Positions 1 through 15,203 of a stretch of DNA of 64,000 nucleotides are shown here, one piece after another. The notes under the pieces are model-generated. The model did no database searches. It was given only the letters and a program-made list of their open reading frames with translations, and had not been told where the DNA came from. Position numbers and translations under genes: made by a program. Every line of letters starts with the position of its first letter. The stretch's first letter is position 1. Origin of the DNA: the human T2T-CHM13v2.0 reference genome, Homo sapiens; the NCBI RefSeq assembly GCF_009914755.1, contig NC_060930.1. One strand, 5' to 3'.

Positions 1-100
1 ATGTTGGCCAGGCTGGTCTCGAACTCCTGACCTCAAGTGATCTGCCTGTCTTGGCCTCCCAGAGTGCTGGGATTAGAGGCGTGAGCCACCGTGCCTGGCT
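1..100 (-). mobile_element. Alu (partial, left arm)
   Basis: Alu consensus match. Confidence 0.95.
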
Positions 101-459
101 GGGAATAGTTTTAAAACATAAAAAACGCAAAAGTTTTAAAAAACATGGGTTTTCTAAAGATTTCGGTATTCCCTATCCCTAACTTTTCATAAAGTCCTGA
201 GTTTCTTAATCACAATGTTTTCATCCAAGGAGGCTTTTAGGAACAGGACCCCAGGGTTAGGGCAGGAATACACTATTGTTATTTTAACAGTCTATCAACT
301 AGAAAGGCAAAAAAAAAATTAGATTTTTTTCAATATTAATGAAGTTGAATTGTTCGTTGATAATTGTTAATTAGTTATGGTGTTTCTGTTATAAATTGTC
401 TGTGTCTGAATTTCTCACACAGTACAATATAAAATACAAATAGCTGTGGGGTATTTTCT

Positions 460-612
460 AGGTGCTGGTTACTGTTCTAAGAGCTTTAAATGGAGTAATT
501 CAGTTAATCCTGCCTCACGGTACAATAATTAGTCTCGTATGACGGAGGAAATAGAAGCCTGGAGAGGTCAAGTAACTTGCCCAAAGTCATACCCAGAAAG
601 GCTGGATTCAGA
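460..612 (-). mobile_element. MIR
   Basis: GAGGTCAAGTAACTTGCCCAAAGTCA = reverse MIR core. Confidence 0.75.
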
Positions 613-635
613 GACTGTTGCCAACATTTTCCTTA

Positions 636-983
<348 letters not shown>

Positions 984-2474
984 TTAAAAACTTTTTGTAG
1001 TTAAATCTATGCATATATTCCTTTCTTTTGTTGGCCTATTGTTTCAGTTAATTTGTTTTTTTACTTTTTTCCCATGTTTTACTTATTACTTTCATATTTC
1101 TTGTATGATATTTATCTTAAAATCTAGTTTTATTTTTCTTTAAGAGACTGGGAGTCTTGCTATGTTTCTCAGGCGGGTCTCGAATTTCTGGGCACAAGCG
1201 ATCTTCCTGCCTCAGCCTCTCAAGTAGCTGGGAATTACGCCACCAACACACCTAGCTTCTTTCAGCTAATTTAGAACATCCTACCCTTTTCAGAGATTAA
1301 AAAATATTTAGATTTGCTCAGGATATGTTAGATGAAGTGAGGATTTACATCTACTATATGTATTTTCCCAAATATTAATAATTATTTCTCCTGAACCATT
1401 TATTGCATAATATTTTTCTGTTCCATTGTTATATGACAGCACGTTTCTGCCTGGTTGTAATCTCATAGTGGCTTGATTTTTAAGTGAACATTATATGTTT
1501 AACTGCCTCCTTGAGGATACTGAAGACTCTTTCCAATGATTATATTCTTTTCACTTCACCTGTCATGCATCAAGTGTTGATGTTGCTGGCTGCCTTTCTC
1601 AGTGTTAGTTTTTATGTGTTTTGGAATTTCAGCTTCCAGGTTCATTTCCAGGCTTTCTCTGTCTCCCTTCTCTTGTTCCTCACTCCTCCCTGCCTAGTGG
1701 CTGTGCAGTTGCCCTTCCCAGGGGCCAGTGTTCAGGACTAGGTCTTATATGGCAGTCGGGGCTCCTGCCCTGGGATAACCCTGGGAATGACTCACATCCA
1801 GCCCCATGGCTGTGGGTGGCTCAGTTAAGCCCAGGTGTGGTGCCGTTTGGTAACCATGGGCCTCCCTAGGCCACAGTCCCAGGCGAAGTTAGTAGCAAGC
1901 TATTTCAGTCTTCTTGAAGAGGGTGGAAGTGTGGGCAAGAGGGGAATCTGAGTCCCTAATATTTTCACAGTGACCATGACACTGGTCCCCCACCTCAGTG
2001 GGCAATTTAATTCTATCTCACCACTCAGTACTCAACAGGACTTGACTTCCCAGCTGCCTTTAACTGTACCCTGAGTCAGAACCCAACAGGCCACAGCTGT
2101 AGCCCTGTTCATCTTTTGCATTTATATTCAGTTTCTGGGAATATCTTTGGGGATATTCTCCCTTTGTGGAGCATTGCTTTTTAATTTTCTCTAATATTAT
2201 ATCTATCATTGCTCTGTATTGAAAGCCCCTGGGCTAGCCTGTTTCACTTGTGTCTATTTTTTAGAAGCATTTACTGTAGCTTTATACTACATATTTGGGG
2301 ATCACTAACAATTTTTTCCGGTCACACTCTAATCACTTTCTCAAGGCTGGATCAGGTGCGAGACTCTGTAGCAGTAACCTGAAGTTGAGAATTGAGGAAG
2401 TAGTGCTGCTATGAGAGGAGACCTGCGGTGGCATCCCTAGGATGGGGTGCTGGTGGGGGGTGGGTGGCAAGGGG

Positions 2475-3330
2475 GAAAGGGGGTTTCTGCCTAAGGGAGT
2501 TTCTGCTCCATGCCAGCACTTCATCAGAGGTCTTGAGCCAGGGTGGAATCCAGCTCCAGGGAGCATATGAGAGCAAACAATGGAAGCTTGACATGATCAC
2601 TGGATGAACATCTGAAGTTTCATATGTGATGGGATCTCCCCAGAAAACAATAGTGCACATCACAGCCAGGAGGCACCCAGAGCATTGTGTTGCTGTGTTT
2701 TTTGAACCCAGTGAGTTAACTGTCCAGTGTTCCACATCATTCTGACCTGGGTCAACAGATGGAGGCAGGGCACACTCTTGGCTGTAGCTCGATCCGCCTC
2801 TCCTGCTGCAGCAGGACATTTCTCAGTAGCACAGGCAAGGTGCTCCGGGCAGGGGACTGCATAGTAAGTGGTGCCTCCTTTGCAATATAAGCCAAACAAG
2901 GCTTCCTGCTGGAGCGCCTCTGGGCTAATTCAGGGGCATGAGAGGCAGCATCTACCCTTGCCCAGGGGCCCTGGCTCCCCTTTACTATGGGGGGTGGCCT
3001 GTGATCAGGCCCAGTGGGACTGAGGAGCAAATGTGGACAGTCTTCCCCGGCACACATCGGCTGACCTGCATGCCCAGACTGTCTCCTGGGGCGCCTGTAC
3101 AAGTTGGTCCTAGAATCCAGTTCTTCCTGGAACTGGGTGTCATTTCAGGACAGAGAATACCGGGAGTCATAAATTGGCCCTGAAGCAAACGAAAGTCTTC
3201 CAATCCTGCATGACATAGCAGATTGTTTTGCTTGGGGCTTTGGCTTGGTCTGGGGCGTGCAGTTCCATGGGGGAACCTCTGGCAATCCCACCAGGGGGAG
3301 CCCTTTCCCCATCTTGGGGCTGTGGATCTC
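2475..3330 (-). pseudogene. Decayed PEG10/RTL (Sushi-ichi Ty3/Gypsy)-like gag-protease relic
   Basis: Collinear remnants: MHR-like ICYVMQDWKTFVCF, S*NDTQFQEEL, knuckle LYCKGGTTYYAVPCP, EKCPAAAGEADRAT, GDPITYETSD, WLKTSDEVLAWSRNSL. Confidence 0.7.
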
Positions 3331-4244
3331 AGCTTTCCAGAATATTTGTGTGCATGTGAGTGAGCACATCTGACTTAATTTTTATATTCAGTATAGAATC
3401 ATGACTCAGCTTTCCCTGTTAATGTAGTCAACTTAAGCTACTGCCATGGTTCAGGTTCCATCATGCTTCAAATATAGTTTATGACTGTAGTTACGTAGTG
3501 TGGCAGCAACACAGGGCAACTTGGGGCTGGGGAGAAGTGAGCGTGTCTTTCCCTCCCCAAATGCAGTCATTTAGCATCTTCCTCTTCCAGAGTCCTGTAT
3601 CCCAGCGATGGGGATCAAGATTCAGACTTAAGGACACCCTACCTGGACCTTGGCAAGGAGATTTTTACAGTGGGAATCTGGTCCAGCCTCTCTCTGGCCC
3701 CAGGCCTCTACTGTCCACCTTTTACAAATGCCACATGGTAAGGAGTCAACTGAGCTACCTTCCAAGGAGCTGGATTGGTCTCCTGGCTCTGCCTGACCTT
3801 CCTCAGCCCCTCCGCAACCCCCACCTGCTCGCTTCTCCTTCACCTCCTCTCCTGTTCACCTGTACCTTCTTTCCTTAGATGTGGCCACACTCTGTTCCCC
3901 CAGGCAGCGTCTTCACTGAGTAGTCTTTGAATCATTAACCACCTGCAGCCCTATCCATGTTCTCTAGGGCACCTGCAAGAGGAGGAAGGGGAATTTGCTG
4001 ATAGCCACAGCTGTGCATCCTACTGGAGGTGCCTTCCGGAGGGCAGCATAGTTAATCTAGACACCCAGCATTCTCAGTCCACTTCCATGGCCTTCTCTTC
4101 CCATTGCCTGGGTCTCAAAAGGCCCAGGACAATCTCATGAGGTGGACCGAGCAGTATTTGGGGAGGGAGGATAGAAAAGAGACTGGGATATCTTTAATTA
4201 ATAGATACTATTAAAACCTCCTCCCCAGCAGCAGTAGTAGGGAT

Positions 4245-4520
4245 CGTTAGTGGCAGCAAATCCATAGGGGTCTGCAGCAACCTCAATTCTTGCCTCTTTG
4301 GTCACTTACTGGGATCTTATTGGGAAACTGCTGATCACCAGTTTCAGATGTTTCTATTGGGAGACTGCCTGTCTCTGGTGCCAGCTGTGACCAATTATTT
4401 TAGAGAGCCCGTTAACAACTGCCTGACCCTCACCTGATGTTTGCCTGACATTCCTGTGGGTGTGTGTCTGGGGCGCCCTCTCCTGCCCTGCTCATCCCTG
4501 ACTAGCTACTTACTCTAACA
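4245..4520 (-). mobile_element. ERV1 solo LTR (MER66-like, internally deleted)
   Basis: Minus strand begins TGTTAGAGTAAGTAGCTAG; 4-bp TSD GGAT. Confidence 0.7.
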
Positions 4521-5140
4521 GGATGAGAAGACATACAAAATAGAGGCTACTTTAAAAAAAAAATTCTCAGAGTGTAGTGTGTAAACGTTCACCTCCACTA
4601 TAAAGACCTCCTTGCCAGGGGTAGGAAGCCTTTAGTCTGAACCTTGAGCTCCGTCGCTGGGATACAGGACTCTGAAGAGGAAGACGCTAATGATGACATT
4701 GAGTTGACTCCACAGCATCTCACAATTCTTTCTTTTTCTAAGTCATCTGCATTTAGTATCCACTGACCAAGCAGGCAGGAAATGTAATTGAAGTTTTATT
4801 AGGGACTCCCCTATCTCTTCTCCTATGGGGTCCAGTGACTATCCCAGGGGTCTGACCCAGCCTAGAACATTCAGAGTCTGGGCCTCTGACCTTCAGACAC
4901 AGCTGATATGAATGGGAGTCTTTGTGGTTAGTAAGGCCAAGGTTCTTAGCTAGTTTCCTTTGGAATCCCTGACCTCCCTCCATCCCCACTGTTGTGTGTG
5001 TGGGGTTCTATGTGGGAGCAGGGCTTCTCCTCACTACTCCAAGGACCCCCAAACCACATCCCTTCCACAGCATCTGGGAATCTCCCCCCACCCCCCACTC
5101 CCTTGAGCAGCTTTTGCCTCCTTCAGTCCAGTGTGCTTAC

Positions 5141-5320
5141 CTCTCTCCCCTGGCAGAGAACCCAGGTGCTGGGGGGGGTCTCCTCTGGATGCCTTGCCAA
5201 CTTCTTTTTTTTTCTTTCCAACTTCTTCTCTTGGTGAGGCTACGCAAAATCTTCTGGGGCCAGGATGTGCAAACGCTTCCTGGAATGGGGTAGAACAGTG
5301 ACAAAACAGGAAGAACAAAA
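5141..5320 (-). ncRNA. LINC00243: Probable first exon of lncRNA LINC00243 (TSS approximate)
   Basis: Minus-strand donor GAG|GTAAGC at 5140-5139; GAS/ETS/RUNX motifs at 5277-5327; identity inferred from the recalled distance to DDR1. Confidence 0.5.
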
Positions 5321-5671
5321 AACCACATGTTAATATCTCAAGAAAGTATCCAGCCACCATAATGAAGGGGCTTCCAGGCTCTGAGGGAAGACCACTGAGC
5401 TGAGGGGCCTTTGCACTCTATTCCAGGGAAGATAATGGATGCCCAGAAGAAGTGGGACATTTGGAGCCCCAGACAAACCAATGACACAGACTGAGACACT
5501 GTGGAGCTGGATGCCTTTCTGTGTGTTTGTTAGAGTATGAGAAGCCCGCTGGGAACAAGTAAGGGCATCCCTAACCATCAGTGTCCATTGCCCAAGAGAG
5601 ATGGCAGAAGTGGGTTGGTCCAAATCCTTTCCGTTGTAAATGTGGAGGGCTAACATTTTGAAATATTCTCT

Positions 5672-5837
5672 GGCCAGGTGCGGTGGCTCACACATGTAAT
5701 CTCAGGTACTTGGGAGGCTGAGGCAGGAGGATCACTTGAGCCCAGGGGTTCCAGGCTGCAGTGAGCTGCAATTTTGCCACTGTACTCCAACCTGGGTGAC
5801 AGAGAGAGACCTCATCTCTAGAAAAAAAAAAAAAAAA
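5672..5837 (+). mobile_element. Alu monomer (FAM/FRAM-like)
   Basis: Single arm with A tail. Confidence 0.85.
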
Positions 5838-6349
5838 CTTCTGATTTATTTCATCTGTATCTCTCCCTCCTCCCCTCCCACTCCCCAGCCCTTCTAGCAG
5901 TTGGGGTAGGAGGGTGGGCAGTCAGCAGAAAGCAGAGCCAAGCAGCATCTTCTGCCTCATAAATTTCAAACATGAGACCTCATGGGAACTGAAAGGATTT
6001 ATGACATAGGCCAGGTATTTAGGAGAAATGGACACTAAGAACAACCATCCCCTCACCTTCCAACAGAAAGGGGTTCCCTTGTGCTGGTGGGGCAGAGGGG
6101 CCATAATAACAATGTGCACATTTGTGGGTATTAGAGAAAGGGGTCCCTGGGCTGAGTCCTGGGGAGGTGGCAGAAATGGCAGACAGGTTTGTGGGGTCAG
6201 ACAGAAAGCTCTGTCTTGCTTCGTCTTTGAGCCAAAGGGGACCTGGAGCCCCTGAGTTGGGGGCACTGTGTGGTGCCCAGTCACACTCTCCGTGGTGTCC
6301 TCAGTGAGTGGCACTCATTGAGGGACAGGAGGAGCAGAGCTGCTCCCAA

Positions 6350-6790
6350 TAGAGAAGCACTGGAGCCCACACTGCCTAAAGTGGGAATGACCCAAATAGC
6401 CTTCAGCAGGAGAAAGGGGAGGAAAATTGTGGCATATGCATGCAGTGGAATATTTCTCAGCACTGAAAATGAATGTTCCTATAACTGCATGTGATAACAG
6501 GCAAATCTGCAGACATAAAGTCGAGTGAAAGAAGCCAGCTGTGAAAGAGCACATTGTATGATTCCATTTATATAAAGCTCAGGTCCAGGCAAAATGGTAG
6601 TAGTGAGGAGAGAGGTTGTCCTTTGGGGAGGGTAGTAACTAAAAGGCACAGGAGGGGGCCCCTGGCATCCTGGGAATGTCCTTTCCTTAATCTAGGCACT
6701 GGTTGCATGCATATGCTGTTTGCGAAAGTTCTTTGAGCTGTACATTTAAAATTAATGCACTTCTCTGTATGTATGTTTTATTTATATAAA
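6350..6790 (+). mobile_element. L1ME-type 3' end fragment
   Basis: AAATTGTGGCATAT...GTGGAATAT...TGTATGATTCCATTTATATAAAG. Confidence 0.7.
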
Positions 6791-6815
6791 AACATTTTTT
6801 TAAAAGATAGAAGTA

Positions 6816-7095
6816 GCTGGATGCAGTGGCTCACGCCTGTAATCCCAGCACTTTGGGAGGCCAAGGCGGATGGATCACCTGAGGTCGGGAGTTCGAGACC
6901 AGCCTGACCAACATGGTGAAACCCCATCTCTACTAAAAATACAAAAATTAGCCGGGTGTGGTGGCACATGCCTGTAATCCCACCTTCCTGGAGGCTGGGA
7001 GGTGGAGGTGAGCTGAGATCGCACTACTGCATTCCAGCATTCCAGCCTGGGCTACAAATGAGACTCTGTCTTTCAAAAAAAAAAAAAAAAAAAAA
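6816..7095 (+). mobile_element. AluS with a right-arm deletion
   Basis: Alu consensus match. Confidence 0.9.
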
Positions 7096-7246
7096 GGACT
7101 TTCTGCTCTTTCCTGCTTGACATCTTCCTTGACTCCATCTTCTTTTTGATCACCTTTTTATGGCTTCCTGAATTGATCTCATGGATTTTTTATCTGCATC
7201 AAAAATGGAAATGGATTAGATGTTGCGATTTTTAGGGTATAAAATT

Positions 7247-8115
7247 CAATGATTAATTTTATGTGTCAATTTGATTGTGTTGCACTACAGGGTGCCCAGA
7301 TTAAATAACATTTCTTGGTGTGTCTCTGAGGGTGTTTCTAGGTGAGATTAGCATTGTGGACTCAGTAGATTGTCTTCGCCAGTGTGGTGGGCATCATCTA
7401 ATCTGCTGAGAGCCTGAACAGAACGAAAAGAGGAAAGAGAAATTCACTACTGTTTCTTCCCGCCTGCGCGCTGGAACTGGAATATCAGTCTTCTTCTCTC
7501 CTTGGACTGAGATTTGTACTATTAGCTCCCCTGGTTCCTCTGGTCCACAAGATTGTGGACATAGACTGGAATTATATTACTGGCTTTCCTGGGTCTCAGT
7601 TCGCTGATGGCAGACTGTGGGACTTTAGAGCCTCCATAATAATGTGAGCCAATTCCTCATTCTATCTATCAATCTATATATCGATTGATTGATCGATCGA
7701 TAGATCGATCTATCTAATCTATCTATCTACTTATCTATCTATCATATCATCTACTGATTTCTCTCTCTCTCTTCTTTTTTTTTTTTTTGAGACAAGATCT
7801 CACTCTGTTGCCTAGGCTGGAGTGCAGTGGCACAATCCTAGCTCATTGCAGCCTTGACTTCCCAGGCTCAAGCAATCCTCCAGCCTCATCCTCCTGAGTA
7901 GCTAGGACTACAGGTGCCCACCACCATGCCCAACTAATTTTTAAACTTTTTTTACAGATGAGGTCTCACTATGTTGCCCAGGCTGGTCTCTAACTCCTGG
8001 GCTCAAGCGATCCTCTCACCTCGGCCTCCCAAAGTGCTAGGATTACAGGCATGAGCCACCGTGCCTGGCCCTGATTTCTCCTATTGGGTCTGCTTCCCTG
8101 GAGTACCCTAATACA
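7247..8115 (+). mobile_element. MLT2 (ERVL) LTR containing a (TCTA)n tract and an AluJ
   Basis: TGATTAATTTTATGTGTCAA...CCCTAATACA. Confidence 0.85.
7660..7750. repeat. (TCTA)n/(GATC)n simple repeat in MLT2
   Basis: Seen directly. Confidence 0.85.
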
Positions 8116-8369
8116 GATGGGTTTGTGTTATTGAGAGCCCTATTTGCTGCCTCCTTCACAAGATGCTAGCTGAACTCTTGAGCATGGGCATCAGCATTGG
8201 TAAATCTGGCAGTAAGGCCTGTGGGCTGCTCACATCAGCCAGGCAGACATTTGATTAAGTTTGAGATCTTGATGTCTTCACCAGAGCCACTAAGTTTTAT
8301 ATATGCCATTGTTGAAGCCAACCCCAACTCACCTGGCAATCAGCTGGAGGAAGGGGACTACTTCTATTC

Positions 8370-9487
<1,118 letters not shown>

Positions 9488-9690
9488 CTGTATCTGCACC
9501 TGGACCAGAGCTTTCATGCCCAGGGTGAGTAGCTTCTTGGTTCTGTAAGGCTCTGTCTCCTTCAACTCACTTTGCCGGGTTGCGGCTACAGCATTACCCA
9601 GCTCTTCATTCCATTACAGTTCATCAAAGCTCCCATGCCAGGCTTGTGGCAGGGTAATTTACTGTGGAATTGTTTTGTTTTGTTCTTGTT

Positions 9691-11290
<1,600 letters not shown>

Positions 11291-11654
11291 TGATTGAGTA
11301 AAAGTAAGGAATGTGACATTTCATGCACATTTTATAGCCCCAAATGACAAAAATAACATGCTTCTCAAGCCACCTGGAACATTTTATAGCTTTCTGTTTT
11401 TTTTGCATTGTAGGCTCCTGTGTCCATCAATTTATCAGCATTTTTCTTGGCAAGGATTCCCTGAAATGTCTCCAAGTTTGGAAATTTTGTCTTTATGAAA
11501 AGTGGGGCATGGGACCAGAGGAGGGACTTGGTCAGAAAAACAAAATACGATTATTTTTGATCCATGTCCTTATTTCTTGGTTACTAAATAGCTGCCCTCT
11601 GTATTTCTTTGATTTTAATAAATCGTCCAGATATGGATTTTTAAAATTCTATGT

Positions 11655-11935
11655 ATGTTTTTTGAGACAGGGTTTTGCTCTGTCACCCACGCTGAAGTGC
11701 AGTGGCTCACTGAAGCCTTCAACTCTTGGGCTCAAGCAATCCTCCCACCTCAGCCTCATGAGTAGCTGGGACTACAGCCATGTGGCACCATGCCTGGCTA
11801 ATTTTTAAAATTTTTTTAGTAGAGACAAAGTCTTGCTATGTTGCCAGGCTGGTCTTGAACTCCTGAACTCGTCATCCTCCCACCTTGGCCTCCTAAAGTG
11901 CTGGGATTACAAGTGTGATCCACCACACCCAGGCC
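11655..11935 (-). mobile_element. AluJ
   Basis: Alu consensus match. Confidence 0.9.
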
Positions 11936-11989
11936 TAGTTTTTAAAATGATATTTCATTTATGTAGTTCAAATAAAAATGACATCAATA

Positions 11990-12620
11990 AGTACATGAGA
12001 AATATCACTCCTACCCCACACTTACCCTCTCTTTTTCCCCTCACATTGCTCGTCAGTAACCATTTTTACCAGAATAGTGCCTTATTTATTCTCCCAACGT
12101 TTCTTTATGCAAACATAAATAACATACTTTTATTTCCTCTTTTATTACACAAAAAAAGCATGTTATATACATCTTGCTCCTTCCTTTTAAAATCGTAACT
12201 AAATATACTGGGTATCCTTCCCTATCACCACGTAAAGCTGTTCCTCCTGCCTTTTTCATTTTGACAGCTCTATAGTATTCCATTGGTGGATCGACCAGAG
12301 CTGTGTGTTCGCCAGTCTCCTATTGCTGGGTTGTTGGGCTGTTTCTGATCCGTTGTTATTATAAATAATGCCACAATGAATAACCTTATACCTAAGCAAG
12401 TTTACCTTTGTGTAGGTGAATCTATAAGATAGATTCCCAGAAGGGGGATCTCTGGGTCAAAGGGTTTGTGCATGTATAGTTCTGGTAGATATTGCAGGTC
12501 TGCTCCACAGAACTGTGCCATCTGCACTGCTGCCAGCAATGCATGGGACAGTCTGTTTCCTCTCAGCCTCCTTCACACACTGTGATATCATATTCTGGAC
12601 TCTTGCCAACCAAGGAAAGA
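11990..12620 (-). mobile_element. L1ME-type 3' fragment
   Basis: TAGTATTCCATTG...GATTCCCAGAAG...CTGGGTCAAAGGG. Confidence 0.65.
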
Positions 12621-13216
12621 TTTATGTATAAGTTCAACATGGATGCACTTAGGCTAATTCTCCTTCCTGCATTTCCTTCAGAACATCCTCAGTCTCCTCA
12701 CTCATTTCAGATACCTTAATTAGCTTCCATTTTTCATGACACAGGTTAGCCATGTTTATATTTCCTTCGTGATCATCACAGTTATGAAAGATTTCTTCTT
12801 GGGTTGATAGGTTAAGTAACCATGGTCCAGTATTGGTTATTGCAATCAAACCAACAGCTACAGGTGGCTTGGATTGTTTTAGATGGAATTGGTCTCAAAT
12901 TTAAAAGGTCACTTTGTCATTCTTTGTATCATTGTTATTCATGTCTGTATCTTTTACAAATATATTTATTTAATATTTAATAAGACAAATAAAATGTTAA
13001 AAATTATTTTGTCCTGGGAAAGCCCAAGCCTTCCTGCACAGAAGTTGAAATATTCAAAGGACAAGAAAAGGCCTCTGGTACGGTCCTGTCTTGGACAGTT
13101 TCCCCGGCCACCCAGCAGGCTGCCTATTGTGCTGTTTGAGATGCAAATGATCTCTTCTTATGCTGGGGAACCTTCTAGGCATGGCAGGGGCAGTGGAGAG
13201 GCTACTTCCTCTCTCT

Positions 13217-13518
13217 CTTTTTTTTTTTTTTTTTTTTTGAGACGGAATTCTCACTCTGTTACTAGGCTGGAGAGCGGTGGCATGATCTTGACACACTGCA
13301 ACCTCTGCCTCCAGGGTTCAAGTGATTCTCCTGCCTCCGCCTCCCGAGTAGCTCGGACTACAGGCGCATGGCATCACGCCCAGCTAATTTTTGTATTTTC
13401 AGTAGAGACGGGGTTTCACCATGTTGGCCAGGATGGTCTCAATCTCTTGATCTCGTGATCTGCCTGCCTGAGCATCCCAAAGTGCTGGGATTACAGGCGT
13501 GAGCCACCGCACTCGGCC
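13217..13518 (-). mobile_element. AluS
   Basis: Alu consensus; TSD ACTTCCTCT. Confidence 0.95.
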
Positions 13519-13639
13519 ACTTCCTCTCTTTTTTTGCCCACTTCTCTAGCTAGTCCCAAGACTTGTTCAACTCTTTCTTATGGATGGTTTTGCAGAATAC
13601 ATACATGGAAACCGTCCACAAATTCTAGCCCACCAATTA

Positions 13640-13890
13640 ATGCTGTCAGACTGGGAACTTCATGAAAAGCCTGCTTGAAACAAAAAATTGAAAATAAGTG
13701 GCTTAAACAAGGTAGATATTTATTTCTCTGCTTTATCCACGAGGTCTGAGATGAAACGTCCAGGGCAGGTGTGGAGGCTCCCTGGCATGATGGACCCAGG
13801 CTCCTGTCTTCTGTTCCTGTCATCTTAGTGTGCTTCCTTCTACCCTTAGGGTGGCCTCATGGTCTGAGATGGCTTCAGGACTCTCCACTT
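13640..13890 (-). mobile_element. Old MLT1 LTR fragment
   Basis: AAGTGGCTTAAACAAG...ATTTATTTCTCT, reverse-strand MaLR end. Confidence 0.55.
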
Positions 13891-13912
13891 CAGGCCTTTT
13901 GGAGTCCATGAT

Positions 13913-14218
<306 letters not shown>

Positions 14219-14229
14219 TGATGTTCTCA

Positions 14230-14475
14230 TGGCCAACATCCTGAGGTCTCCCAAAGGCAAGGGCTTCTTTGCTTGCCCACTGGTTTGGGTACAGATATAT
14301 TTGTGGACTCTGGAGTCCAGGTGTCAGGGTATAGCTTCCTGAGGTGCCCCAGGCAGCTGGTCTCCTCTGAGGCCTTGATGATAGCCCTTGACATGCCTGG
14401 GGCTGTGGAGCTGGGGATGGTCTCCACCCCACAGGGATCCACCTACCTCAGCCGGTATCCAGTCCAGGGCCTCTG
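14230..14475 (-). pseudogene. Weak PNMA N-terminal-domain-like relic
   Basis: ALDW..., VETIPSS, EETSCLGHLRKL, PESTNISVPKPVGK. Confidence 0.22.
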
Positions 14476-14749
14476 TCTTCTTGGCTGCCCTCAAGGCACT
14501 GGGCTCCTTTAGACACTCCCCACCACACCCTTAATCCTCTCAGGGAACTCCAGTCTCCAGCAAACAAAGGCCTGAAAAGTGTCTACAAGGAAATTCTGAG
14601 TTCAGGTTTCTGAGGTGAAGGAGCACAAAGTCCTTTCTCCTGGCTTGGAAGTGCAGGGTGGTGCGAAGAGTGGGAGGGAGGCAGGGTTAGGTGAGGAAAA
14701 AACAGAAAACACAAATTAATTTGACAATGATATGTTAACTTAAAAATCA

Positions 14750-15055
<306 letters not shown>

Positions 15056-15104
15056 ATCATAAATTTGGAAAGGAGAGCTTTATTTCTTTTAAAGAGTTAC
15101 TGCT

Positions 15105-15203
15105 GACTGGGCATTGTGGCTCACATCTGCAGTCCCAGCACTTTGGGAGGCTGAGGTGGGTGGATCGTTTGAACCCAGGAGTTCGAGACCAGCCTGGCAA
15201 TAC
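15105..15203 (+). mobile_element. 5' piece of an AluJ split by LTR insertion and inversion
   Basis: Ends at ...CAGCCTGGCAATAC; the remainder lies at 17736-17950 on the minus strand. Confidence 0.85.

Larger units (their letters stand above)
7098..8309 (-). pseudogene. Weak PNMA-like relic split by an MLT2 LTR
   Basis: MAYIKLSGSGED, MSAWLM*A, HLVKEAANRALN, DVKQERAES in PNMA order. Confidence 0.3.

Noticed and set aside
7699-7714. Perfect 16-bp palindrome GATAGATCGATCTATC
   Set aside because: By-product of adjacent TAGA/TCTA microsatellite units in MLT2.
12883-13458. 191-aa ORF and many similar 60-150-aa ORFs
   Set aside because: The C-terminal parts are antisense Alu translations (LECSG..., [10 protein letters not shown]...).
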